NCBI GenBank assembly: GCA_050633245.1
Contig: JBOEGD010000004.1
Coordinates: 223,220-281,205, forward strand
Length of the DNA: 57,986 bases
Source: Calditrichia bacterium
GTDB taxonomy: Bacteria; Calditrichota; Calditrichia; RBG-13-44-9; J075
Direction of reading: 5' to 3'
Of the stretch, positions 49,372-57,986 are shown piece by piece. The notes below the pieces were generated by a model. It worked only from the letters and a program-made list of their open reading frames with translations. It was not told the DNA's origin and made no database searches. How positions within the stretch are numbered: the first letter of the stretch is position 1; each line of letters starts with the position of its first letter. A program made the position numbers and the translations under genes.

Positions 49372-49677
49372 GGGATTTTAGATGTCTTGCAACAACCCGA
49401 TGACTTTTCTCATTACCAAAATTATCCAAACCCATTTAACCCGAACACCACAATTAAGTTCTCTCTCTCGCAACTTGGCTTCGCTAATTTGAGCATCTAC
49501 ACTAGTCTGGGGCAACTTGTTAAGCAATTAACCAGAGGAAAACTGAATTCGGGGACGCACTCTATGAGTTGGATTAGTGCGGATGACTCAGGTCAAAAGG
49601 TAAGTTCAGGGTTTTATTTTCTAATGCTGCAGACATTTGAAGGATTACAAATCAAAAAGATGAAGTTGACTAAATAG
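49372..49677 (+). pseudogene. Orphan, degenerate C-terminal sorting-domain remnant
   Basis: In-frame TAA at 49369-49371, then linker GILDVLQQPDDF and QNYPNPFNPNTT...SSGFYF; no signal peptide and no passenger domain. Confidence 0.65.
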
Positions 49678-49950
49678 CGCATGTCTCATATTGGGCTGCG
49701 ACAGAGGAATAGTCTTTCCTCCTCCGTGTTACGGCGGAGAATGAATATGACACCAACAGATTAAAAGTAGGATGTTTTTTGTCTGAATGTTTTTGGAAAA
49801 TATCTATAACTCAGAGGCCAACTATAAACACATTAAATTTTCTCAGATTCTAACTTCTGTATATAATTATTTTTGAGATGCCGCTGCATGTCGTGACAGA
49901 TGCATTGGTATAAATTTAACACTCTAACTATTTATGATTGGGAGAAGCTT

Positions 49951-51222
49951 ATGCGTTTTCATATTAAATTTGTCTTATGTGTAGCTATTTTGATGATGGT
50001 TGGACTTTGGTCATCCTGCTCTAACCAGAACGATATTACCTCCGTCGAAGATCTCAGCTCGGCTGACTTAAAGATGGAAACACAAAATAAAATGGAAAGA
50101 GCCAACAATGATGATCGTTTAATGATTCCTGAAATTGGTTATCAAAGTTCATGCAGTAATTGGCAGTTCTCTACCGTCCCAGAAAGTCAGTGGATTCATA
50201 CAGAAACACCTCCTGAAATCCATGGCGACCCAGGGACTAGCGGGGTCAAATGTTGGCATTATGCAATGATTACAGCTTATAAAAAGAGACATTATAATTG
50301 TGGACACTTCCTGAATGCTAATCCTGAAACAGGATTAGGTGAAGACTTTGAAATGATGACTTTATATTTTGACGCCTCAGAGCCATATGAGAGTCGTGCT
50401 GAGCTAGAGGTTGCAATTTCAGATCTTGCTCCAGGTAACATTATTGGTATTGGTCCAGGTTCGGGAGAACATGTAGCAGTATACGAATCGGCTACATTAA
50501 TTACTCAGCGAAATGCAGGTTCAAATCCGAATACGATGACAATGAGCGCTTTTCTCGATGCCTATGCGCCAACGAGTGGCCCTGGATCACAAGGACCCTT
50601 CTTTACCCACACTGTTAAACCCCTGAATTTCTACAATGTACCACAAATAGTCAAAATTGAAACCGGGACATCGCCCAAGATTGAATGGGGCGGCATTTCA
50701 ATTGCGGATAGCTATAAAATTTTTAAAAAGATCGGCAGTGGTGGGACCTATATCGAAATAGCTGATTTTAGTGGTACTTATACTGGCTTTACAGACCAAA
50801 CTGAAATACTTGACACAGGATCTGGAGTGCCAACCGAAACTGCCTATTATTACTATAAAGGCAACGATGTAGAGGGCAAGTTCATCCCAAATTCAGTTGA
50901 AGTTTCATTTGTTGTTGAATCTTCAACCAATTCACCTCCAGGAGCTCCATACATTAGTTATTCAACCTCGAACAACCGTCCTAAGATATCGTGGGGTTAT
51001 GTTAGCTATGCTACGTCTTACAAAATTTACCGGAAGCTTGGAACCGGAAATTTTCAACACATTACGACAACCACTTCTCTGAACTATATCGACTATCTAA
51101 TGTCAACTCTGCCTGCAGGGCTAAAAAAGGTTACCAGTTATAAAGTGAAAGCTGTTAATAACAATGGCTCTTCCAGCTTTTCTAATAACAGAACTGCAAC
51201 ACTTTACATGCCTGAAATTTAA
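49951..51222 (+). CDS. Lipoprotein with possible Cys/His peptidase-like domain and two FnIII-like domains
   Basis: ATG 49951 after GGAG; lipobox-like LWSSC; two PKIxW..xx.A.SYKI(F/Y)xKxGxG repeats; YKVKAVN..GSSxFSN. Confidence 0.7.
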   Translation: MRFHIKFVLCVAILMMVGLWSSCSNQNDITSVEDLSSADLKMETQNKMERANNDDRLMIPEIGYQSSCSNWQFSTVPESQWIHTETPPEIHGDPGTSGVKCWHYAMITAYKKRHYNCGHFLNANPETGLGEDFEMMTLYFDASEPYESRAELEVAISDLAPGNIIGIGPGSGEHVAVYESATLITQRNAGSNPNTMTMSAFLDAYAPTSGPGSQGPFFTHTVKPLNFYNVPQIVKIETGTSPKIEWGGISIADSYKIFKKIGSGGTYIEIADFSGTYTGFTDQTEILDTGSGVPTETAYYYYKGNDVEGKFIPNSVEVSFVVESSTNSPPGAPYISYSTSNNRPKISWGYVSYATSYKIYRKLGTGNFQHITTTTSLNYIDYLMSTLPAGLKKVTSYKVKAVNNNGSSSFSNNRTATLYMPEI

Positions 51223-51640
51223 GCGAAGTCTGCAAACGCGTTGTAAACCTCCCTCTATTCAATTCTGTCACGATTCATCAATTTATAATAAGTGAAAATT
51301 TTATTAGCCAGGTGCAGGCAATATCCTCTGTGCCTGGTTTTAATTTTATATACTTTTTGGCTATTAGCCTCAGGTGAAAATCCAGCTTGTTTTTTCCGGT
51401 GAGGGATGGCTGAACAGTAGAAGGAGTTGGTAACTGAAGGTTCGATATTACCTACAAAGTTCACCTATGCAACGAGTTAAGGCAGTTGTCAGACTAAGGC
51501 AAATTTATATCTTTGAAAAGACTTCCTTCTACTTTTTATTCCTCATACACATGCTTGACAAGCATGCAGGATATTACATGACAACCTGGAGGGTGGATAG
51601 CTTTGCTAAAACGAATGACAGATTAAAGCTATCTCAGGGA

Positions 51641-53569
51641 TTAGCGTAGCAATATCATCTTCCGAGTATTCACAAACGATCCCGCCTTAAGACGGTAGAA
51701 GTAGACACCGCTGGTGAGCGAGATGCCTTGATTGTCTTTGCCGTCCCACTCAACCTGGTAGCTGCCAATGGGTTGGTCGTAATAGGATAAAGTTCTCACT
51801 TCCTGACCTAGTTGATTAAAGATGCTCAACTCAACGTTACTTGCCATCGGAATTGAATAGCTAATCCGAGTCGTCGGATTAAACGGGTTCGGATAGTTCG
51901 CATCAAGCGAGAACTTCTGCGGCTGAAGTCCATCCTGTTCAATTCCGGTAATGGTTCTCAATAATGTATAAGTCTGATTTGTGCCATCGGTATGAAAGTC
52001 GAATAGCGATCCATTCTCGTAATAAAGAGCGCTCATAAACCCGGCAGCATAGTTGTCCTTATGATCGAGGTCTATGCAAATAACCTTCTCGTTATATAAA
52101 AGCGTGATATCATCAAAAACGGTATGACCTATAACAACCATTTCACCGCCTAATTGTGAAATCATGTCGTCTACCTGCTGTTGGGCAAGTGTCTCTTCCG
52201 CCATGCCGCGATACCAATAAAGACCTACGCTGCTATTAACGGTTATGCAGAACGACCCCGAACAATTACCATCCATTTCATCGCGAGCCCAGTCGTTGAG
52301 TTGGTCGTAGGTGGCATTGATGGAATGAACCTGTGTACTGACTCCGGCGTGGAGAAAGACAAACGGCCCGGCTCGTTCAACAATGTTCTTTGTTCTCAGC
52401 CATCTGCCCAGTTCGGTGTCATCGGCGTATAGGCTTTCCAGCGTTTCGCCCATTAACTGAACATTGTTGAGATACTTTTGCGATACATATCTAAAATCGT
52501 ATATTAGATTCATGATGTCATGATTACCCATCACAAAGTGAATCTTACCACCACGAATTTCTGCCTGACTTTCCAGGCGATAAAGCAGCCACAGGCACTC
52601 GGCAACATTATTTCCGCGGTCGAACATATCACCTACAAAGAACAAATGACCATCGTCAAATGTCCAGTTGTAGTCTTCATCGATAACGCCGGCATCCTGC
52701 AAGACCATCACAAAGGCTTCCAGATTACCTTCGATGTCTGAGATAGCCAAAAACTTATCAGGGAGCGCATAATCTGAAGGCTCTATCGTCAGATTTGGTT
52801 GAAGCGTCACATTAAAGCTGTCTACGCCATTCTGGAACCGGCAGGTCAACACAACTTCTGAAGGATCTTGATAGGTATATGTCTTTACTCCCGTTGATTC
52901 AACGGTTTTTACTAAGATTTCGTCATTTCGATAGAACACATAGGGTCCGTCGAGTTTATAGTCGAATGAAAAGCTGTCTGATATGTAGCAATCGAATGAT
53001 ACATCAGAACTACCGACGCGTTGATTATGAATTTCAATAGCGATGATATTGTCACCATTTTGAAAATATGACTTTGGAACGGCATAGGACCAAAAGTCAT
53101 TTTCAACATCATTGGGAATAAATGTGGTGGTTCCTGTAAGATAAGTGATGGGACCGGATGGCATAAGTGAGGAGCGCAGCACTTCATGACCGTTTACATG
53201 AGCAACGGCGCCGTCATCATGAACAATATTAAAGTAGATGCTGTCTATTTCGCTGGTGTCGGCGATGTGTACGATTTTTCGAAAATAATAAGTGATATAG
53301 CCTGAGGTTAAAGTCGTCGTTTCATCACCTTCGCCGAATCCCATATGACCTTCACCCACATCCCACTGTGAATCATCAAAATTTAAATCCTGCCAGGCGG
53401 TATCTTGATTGCTGCCATTATCCAGATATTTCCACTCAGAACCCTGCTCGAAAAACAGCGTATCGCTTGAAGCGTTAGAGGAGAGAGTCGTTTGAGCGTT
53501 TAAGCCAAAGCTCATCACGATAATAGAAATAAATAGAATAGTTCTTCTCATTGTCCGATATCTCCGCAT
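51641..53569 (-). CDS. Secreted calcineurin-like metallophosphoesterase (Shewanella-like phosphatase type) with N-terminal jelly-roll-like domain and sorting domain
   Basis: SDIEG, GDMFDRG, GNHD, HAG, GHT motifs; WKYLDNG...GxGxMGFG..D...TYYFRK N-domain; NYPNPFNPTT. Confidence 0.9.
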   Translation of the reverse strand: MRRYRTMRRTILFISIIVMSFGLNAQTTLSSNASSDTLFFEQGSEWKYLDNGSNQDTAWQDLNFDDSQWDVGEGHMGFGEGDETTTLTSGYITYYFRKIVHIADTSEIDSIYFNIVHDDGAVAHVNGHEVLRSSLMPSGPITYLTGTTTFIPNDVENDFWSYAVPKSYFQNGDNIIAIEIHNQRVGSSDVSFDCYISDSFSFDYKLDGPYVFYRNDEILVKTVESTGVKTYTYQDPSEVVLTCRFQNGVDSFNVTLQPNLTIEPSDYALPDKFLAISDIEGNLEAFVMVLQDAGVIDEDYNWTFDDGHLFFVGDMFDRGNNVAECLWLLYRLESQAEIRGGKIHFVMGNHDIMNLIYDFRYVSQKYLNNVQLMGETLESLYADDTELGRWLRTKNIVERAGPFVFLHAGVSTQVHSINATYDQLNDWARDEMDGNCSGSFCITVNSSVGLYWYRGMAEETLAQQQVDDMISQLGGEMVVIGHTVFDDITLLYNEKVICIDLDHKDNYAAGFMSALYYENGSLFDFHTDGTNQTYTLLRTITGIEQDGLQPQKFSLDANYPNPFNPTTRISYSIPMASNVELSIFNQLGQEVRTLSYYDQPIGSYQVEWDGKDNQGISLTSGVYFYRLKAGSFVNTRKMILLR

Positions 53570-53738
53570 GTTTACATGAACAAATCGTTTATTCAGCGGC
53601 GCTGTAATCCCCCGTATTTATTGGGGAAGAAAAGTAGAATTTAGGCCGCAGTGGATCGTTTTCTAGCATAAAGATTGTTTTAGATAAAAACAACGAGTCT
53701 TTTGTGTGGGGTGAGAATGTAGGGTTCCATTTGTAAAC

Positions 53739-53775
53739 AGAAGATGCCATTTCGCATTGCGAAACAGCATCTTCT
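53739..53775 (-). terminator. Long hairpin, probable terminator of 53842..55791
   Basis: Minus-strand RNA AGAAGAUGC-UG-UUUCGCA-A-UGCGAAA-UG-GCAUCUUCU pairs along its length; the internal UG/UG pairs as G-U wobbles on this strand only. Confidence 0.65.
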
Positions 53776-53841
53776 TGGGAGGTCCGCAGGATTCAGATGG
53801 TCTCTTCCAGTGGACTTTCGGCAGCCAAACTCAATCGAAGA

Positions 53842-55791
53842 TTATCTGAGAAGCACAGCTTTCATCGCCTGAGTCGTGGTGTTTGCAGTAAGTCTGTAAA
53901 CATAAACCCCGCTGGCAAGGCTTCCTGCATCAAAGACAGTGCTATGCTCGCCCATGGGAAGCTTTTGATTGAGCAGGCCGGCCACTTCTTTTCCTTGAAG
54001 ATCATAAACCTTTAACGTGACGTGCTGAGCACTCAATAAAGAAAACCGAATGGTCGTGGTTGGGTTAAACGGGTTCGGATAGTTTTGCTGAAGATTGAAC
54101 TGGTGGATTTGGTTTGGAGAACTATCATTAATAGACGTTATTGTTTCACCTTCAGTGACTGTCATAAAAGCATCTGGTGTCAGATTGGAAAATGTATCCA
54201 CGATGCCGGACGGCCATTCTACAACCAATGAATCGATTGTTGTCGCATCGCCCAGACCGAAATGGGCACGCAGACTGTTATGTCCGGTAGAGGCGTTGTG
54301 TGCAGATATCTCGCGTAGTTGCCAGGTTGGGCTGCCGGAAATTGTGGACTTTAATTTGACTCGTGCCCCAATTGCAGATCTGTTGGAAGTCGTGCCAACG
54401 CAGCTTACGTTAAACCAGCTGTTGCCGTCTGTCAAGTCATTACGATAGAGGGCATCTTGTGCTGCTGCGGCAAATAGTGTGTTGATCGTTACATACATAT
54501 CCAAATCGCCATCATTGTCATAATCACCGGATGCAGCACCCCATCCCGCGCGACTGGAGGAAACAAAATCTCCATTTACAAATCGAGTGAAGTTGTAGTC
54601 CGGTGGGCCATCGTTTCGGTAGTAGTTGTTACCACCAAAGTTTGTAGGACTCGTTAAGTTCGTAACATATAAATCCAGGTCACCGTCATTGTCGAAGTCT
54701 CCCCAGGTTTGACCTAACGAGATTTTTACATCGTTAACAATTGCGCCAGTAGTGATCTTTGTATACGTTCCGTTGTCATTGCGGTAGAGGTCATTGGCCA
54801 TTCCGCTGGCAACTCCGGGGGTGCCTCCAAAGTTTGTCACATATAAATCCAGATCGCCATCATTATCAAAATCGATCCAGTTTGCCTGCTGTCCGTCCCT
54901 CTCGTCTGCAGCAAAGCTGCTGGTCGTGTCTCTTTCGAAGGTTGCACTACCGGTCTCCGTCAGCAAGTTTCGAAAGAAGTAGTCCGGCTCTTGCACGCCG
55001 GTTTGCACCTTACCGGCAGTAATGAATAAATCCATATCACCGTCCAGATCATAGTCCGACCAGGAAGGCATTGTATAGGTATCAACCGGGCCGGTGACAA
55101 TTGAGCTGTTGATATTGCGCGTAAACGTGCCGTCGCCGTTATTATCGAATAACACATTGGTCTGAGTTTCGTTTGGATAAAAACGACCGGGAGGCGTGGT
55201 GATGAACAAATCGACAAATCCGTCATTGTTGTAGTCTGCCCAGGCGGCGGTAAATCCTGCGATTCGGTTAATGCTGCTTATGTCTCCCGAGACTATTCGC
55301 CTAAAGGGGAAATCCTGCGGCCCTTCATTTCTGAATAACTCTGAGCCAAGATCTGCTGTGGTGTTTAGGAGCGTTTCATAGAATGAATTGAGGCTCGCAG
55401 AATAGAGATCGATGTAGCCGTCATTGTCATAATCTGCAAAAGAATGCCCGAGCGAAAAACTGGTGTCGTTGGCCATATCCAGTGGAAATGTGGCAACAAA
55501 GGTGTCATCGCCGTCATTGCGGTACAGCTTATTGCGGTTTTTGCTGGCATCGAAAGTTGCAGCGCCGCTGAAGTCATTATTGGTTACGTATAAGTCAAGA
55601 TCGCCGTCATTGTCGAAATCGATCCAGCTAACGCCGCGTGCCCAGGTAAAGTCATTGTCGATAGTCAGACGCGTAAAGTTCTGGGCCTGAAGATTTGGGG
55701 TGAAACTTAAACAGCCGAAAAGCCAGATGAGGATTATTCCCTTGAAAAGATCGGATCTTCGAATCAAACAGCTGTAGAAACATTTCGTCAT
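53842..55791 (-). CDS. CRTAC1/ASPIC-UnbV family FG-GAP repeat protein with sorting domain
   Basis: Repeated D(F/Y)DNDGDLDLYV; SNRSAIGARV; HFGLG; VEWPSG; NYPNPFNPTT. Confidence 0.92.
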   Translation of the reverse strand: MTKCFYSCLIRRSDLFKGIILIWLFGCLSFTPNLQAQNFTRLTIDNDFTWARGVSWIDFDNDGDLDLYVTNNDFSGAATFDASKNRNKLYRNDGDDTFVATFPLDMANDTSFSLGHSFADYDNDGYIDLYSASLNSFYETLLNTTADLGSELFRNEGPQDFPFRRIVSGDISSINRIAGFTAAWADYNNDGFVDLFITTPPGRFYPNETQTNVLFDNNGDGTFTRNINSSIVTGPVDTYTMPSWSDYDLDGDMDLFITAGKVQTGVQEPDYFFRNLLTETGSATFERDTTSSFAADERDGQQANWIDFDNDGDLDLYVTNFGGTPGVASGMANDLYRNDNGTYTKITTGAIVNDVKISLGQTWGDFDNDGDLDLYVTNLTSPTNFGGNNYYRNDGPPDYNFTRFVNGDFVSSSRAGWGAASGDYDNDGDLDMYVTINTLFAAAAQDALYRNDLTDGNSWFNVSCVGTTSNRSAIGARVKLKSTISGSPTWQLREISAHNASTGHNSLRAHFGLGDATTIDSLVVEWPSGIVDTFSNLTPDAFMTVTEGETITSINDSSPNQIHQFNLQQNYPNPFNPTTTIRFSLLSAQHVTLKVYDLQGKEVAGLLNQKLPMGEHSTVFDAGSLASGVYVYRLTANTTTQAMKAVLLR

Positions 55792-55909
55792 TTTGCCAAC
55801 TCCTTATAGTTTGGTTTTAGCAAAATGTGGGCGTAAAGCAGGTAAAAATCGACTAATCCGATAAGTCTTTACTCATTTTCGAAGAAAAAGTGCATTTTGT
55901 ATGTAGATA

Positions 55910-57088
55910 TTAGGGGGATAGGTGATTATTGCCTGCTGAAATGACATGACGCGAGTTTCTGAATTGTGTCGGAGTTTGTCGGGTATGTTTCTTAAACGCG
56001 GTGTTGAAAGAGGCTTTATTGTTAAAGCCCACGTCAAAGGCGATTTCCAGAACGGTGGTTTGATGCTCATCCGGATCGACCAAGCGCTGCTTTGCCTCAT
56101 TGACACGATAGCCGTTCACAAAATCATTAAACTTTTGATGCAAACGCTCGTTGAGAATTTGCGACAGGTGATGTGGGGAAATGTCCAGCAACTTTGCCAG
56201 GTCGGTAAGCTTGAGATCGCTGTTTCGGTAGGGCTGCTTGGTTTCCATGAGCGAAATCAACTGAGCGGTATAGTCAGATGCTTGTCCCGAAGTTAGAGTC
56301 GATCTTTCGTATTTGGGAAGCTGTTTGAGTATCAAACCGTCGGAGATAATTTCCGGCTGTTTGAAGGTTGAATAGCCGATCGCATAAATCATCAGACAAA
56401 TAGTGCCGGTTACCAGATAATCCAGTTCCATGAGGTAATTGGCACCAAAGATAATTGCAATAGTGTAGGCAAGCCATAGTGCAGATAAACCGCCATAACC
56501 GATCAGTAATTTCTCCAGCCAGTCCAGCTTAATTTTTTCCAGCGTTTGCAGCGAACCGTTTAGCTGCTGGCGATGGTGGGTGAGTGTTCTCCAGGTTAGC
56601 CAGGTGTAGCAGAGCAGATGTGGGATTTGAAACATGGCAAAGAGAAAGAAGCGATTGATTTCTATCGGTCCATTGGGATCGGCAACCAGAATTACATTGG
56701 TCAGCAGGTCTACTTTAAATGCATATGGAGCCATGAATAGGGGCAGAAAAATCCAGGTATGAGCAACGAAGGGAATGAAGTGGAAAACGTCCCGGGTTTT
56801 GAAATTCAACTTTTCGGTTAAGGCTAATGCGTAAAAGAAGAGCAGGGGACCGTATAGATATTTAAACGGTGCGGTTACTGAAAACAGCTGTGGGAATTCA
56901 ATAATGTATTTCGACCATATGGCAATCACTTCGACAATACGGAAGGAAAAAACGAATATCAGAATGCCAAGAATTATGTTGGCAGTTCGATTACCGCGTT
57001 TGTGCACGAATAAAACGGCAGACAATAAAATGCCATGCGCTGCGGCTAGTAGTATAATAAATGTCCAGAGATTGAGTGACGGTTCCAT
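55910..57088 (-). CDS. AraC-family regulator with multi-TM N-terminal sensor
   Basis: Six to seven TM helices (YGPLLFFY, HFIPF); KYERSTL; PHHLSQILN; FVNGYRV; IAFDVGFNNKASFNTAFKKHT..TP. Confidence 0.95.
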   Translation of the reverse strand: MEPSLNLWTFIILLAAAHGILLSAVLFVHKRGNRTANIILGILIFVFSFRIVEVIAIWSKYIIEFPQLFSVTAPFKYLYGPLLFFYALALTEKLNFKTRDVFHFIPFVAHTWIFLPLFMAPYAFKVDLLTNVILVADPNGPIEINRFFLFAMFQIPHLLCYTWLTWRTLTHHRQQLNGSLQTLEKIKLDWLEKLLIGYGGLSALWLAYTIAIIFGANYLMELDYLVTGTICLMIYAIGYSTFKQPEIISDGLILKQLPKYERSTLTSGQASDYTAQLISLMETKQPYRNSDLKLTDLAKLLDISPHHLSQILNERLHQKFNDFVNGYRVNEAKQRLVDPDEHQTTVLEIAFDVGFNNKASFNTAFKKHTRQTPTQFRNSRHVISAGNNHLSP

Positions 57089-57166
57089 CCGAGGCTATCC
57101 AAGCTTGAATTGACATGTCCTTGAGATTGTTACCACGGTAGGCGGAGAAAGGTTCCTTTAGTCTCA

Positions 57167-57986
57167 TTACTCGACTTTGGACTGTGGTTTAGAGGGCCAA
57201 AGAATTGGACCTGAATCCCAAGATGGAACATAATCATAATATGGAGAAACTATCTCTTTCTCACTTCGAAAATAAGAACTACCTATAGAATCGATCACAG
57301 TAATAGTAGTTGACAACTCAGGGAATCTCTTTTGTCCAAGATGAGTCAGAATGTATGTGTAAATCGAAACCTTTGATTCATAAAATGCATAGTTGTCAGC
57401 GACTTCATAGGCAGCTTGCCATTCATTTTGTGTCAAAGCTGTTTTGGCAAACTGTAAAAGCATATTGTCTTTATTTTCACCTGCTTGAATTAGTTGCTCG
57501 CTGGATAGTATTTTGTATAAAAAGTCTCTTCTTTTATTTACATCAAGTATACTTTCCGTTTTCTTTGCCAATAGAATAAAAAAAGCAGACTTCTTGCCAT
57601 TGTTGGTTAGATCTTTACAATCTGAAGTTGCTTCTAAAAATAGTTCGATCTTTAGGTCATCATATTCTATCCCTTCGATATTTGCCACTGAGTTTACTAT
57701 TAATTCCAGACTCCTAAATATGCTACTTTCTTTATTTATGTTATCAATTTGCTCCAGAGAGGAGTTTAAAAAAGTATGTGCCATGTTGTTGTTGCCGATG
57801 GTTATAGCGGAGTGTGCCAGTTCTGCCAGTGTAAGAACTTTAATAGTACCTGATTCCGGATTCATTGATTTGAGGATAAATTCGTTTAATGTAGTTAAAA
57901 TTTTTGTTGCGTAACTTGAATTACCAAGAGTTGCAGCCGCGCTGGCTATAGAGCGAAATACTCTATACTTGTTTGCTTCACTTTCC
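57167..57986 (-). CDS. C-terminal part of a helical-repeat hypothetical protein (5' end outside the window)
   Basis: The frame of 57167..57865 stays open to the window edge (…ESEANKYRVFRSIASAAATLGNSSYATKILTTLNEFILKS-MNPES…); amphipathic helical repeats. Confidence 0.7.
   Translation of the reverse strand, partial: ESEANKYRVFRSIASAAATLGNSSYATKILTTLNEFILKSMNPESGTIKVLTLAELAHSAITIGNNNMAHTFLNSSLEQIDNINKESSIFRSLELIVNSVANIEGIEYDDLKIELFLEATSDCKDLTNNGKKSAFFILLAKKTESILDVNKRRDFLYKILSSEQLIQAGENKDNMLLQFAKTALTQNEWQAAYEVADNYAFYESKVSIYTYILTHLGQKRFPELSTTITVIDSIGSSYFRSEKEIVSPYYDYVPSWDSGPILWPSKPQSKVE

Noticed and set aside
45000-51640. Prophage or IS-bounded island
   Set aside because: No integrase, transposase, terminal repeats or tRNA seen; only gene remnants.
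51255-51649. Short ORFs 51255..51464 and 51467..51649 as genes
   Set aside because: No motif or convincing RBS; insufficient support.

Overview
This is a 58-kb bacterial chromosomal window. By inference it comes from an FCB-group lineage such as Calditrichota or KSB1, because six ORFs end in an NY/FPNPFNP Por/FlgD-Ig-like sorting domain. I recognised no rRNA, tRNA, CRISPR array or transposase. Two loci stand out. (1) 17296-32444 is a ten-gene co-directional cluster. It encodes three multiheme c-cytochromes (5, 7+1 atypical and 10 heme motifs), a predicted beta-barrel porin, a tandem cNMP-binding/4x[4Fe-4S] protein, and a membrane protein with two Hx13H pairs (diheme-b type). It also encodes a Hanks-type Ser/Thr kinase with PEGA repeats, a stand-alone FHA protein and a TrxB-like flavoprotein-FHA-FHA-[2Fe-2S] fusion. 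This reads as a candidate NAD(P)H-to-cell-surface electron conduit controlled by cyclic nucleotides and Thr phosphorylation. (2) 35574-44300 encodes a lamin-tail/cadherin/CotH kinase/dockerin protein, a cohesin-like protein with a sorting domain, a HlyD adaptor, a VTC polyphosphate polymerase domain protein and DUF4956. This is a candidate polyP-linked extracellular phosphorylation system. The rest comprises secreted beta-propeller proteins, a TonB-dependent receptor, three orphan histidine kinases, a glycogen debranching enzyme, NnrE, an ECF sigma/anti-sigma pair, a CPBP protease, a secreted metallophosphatase, a membrane AraC regulator and two probable gene remnants. All family calls come from reading motifs by eye; no database search was run.
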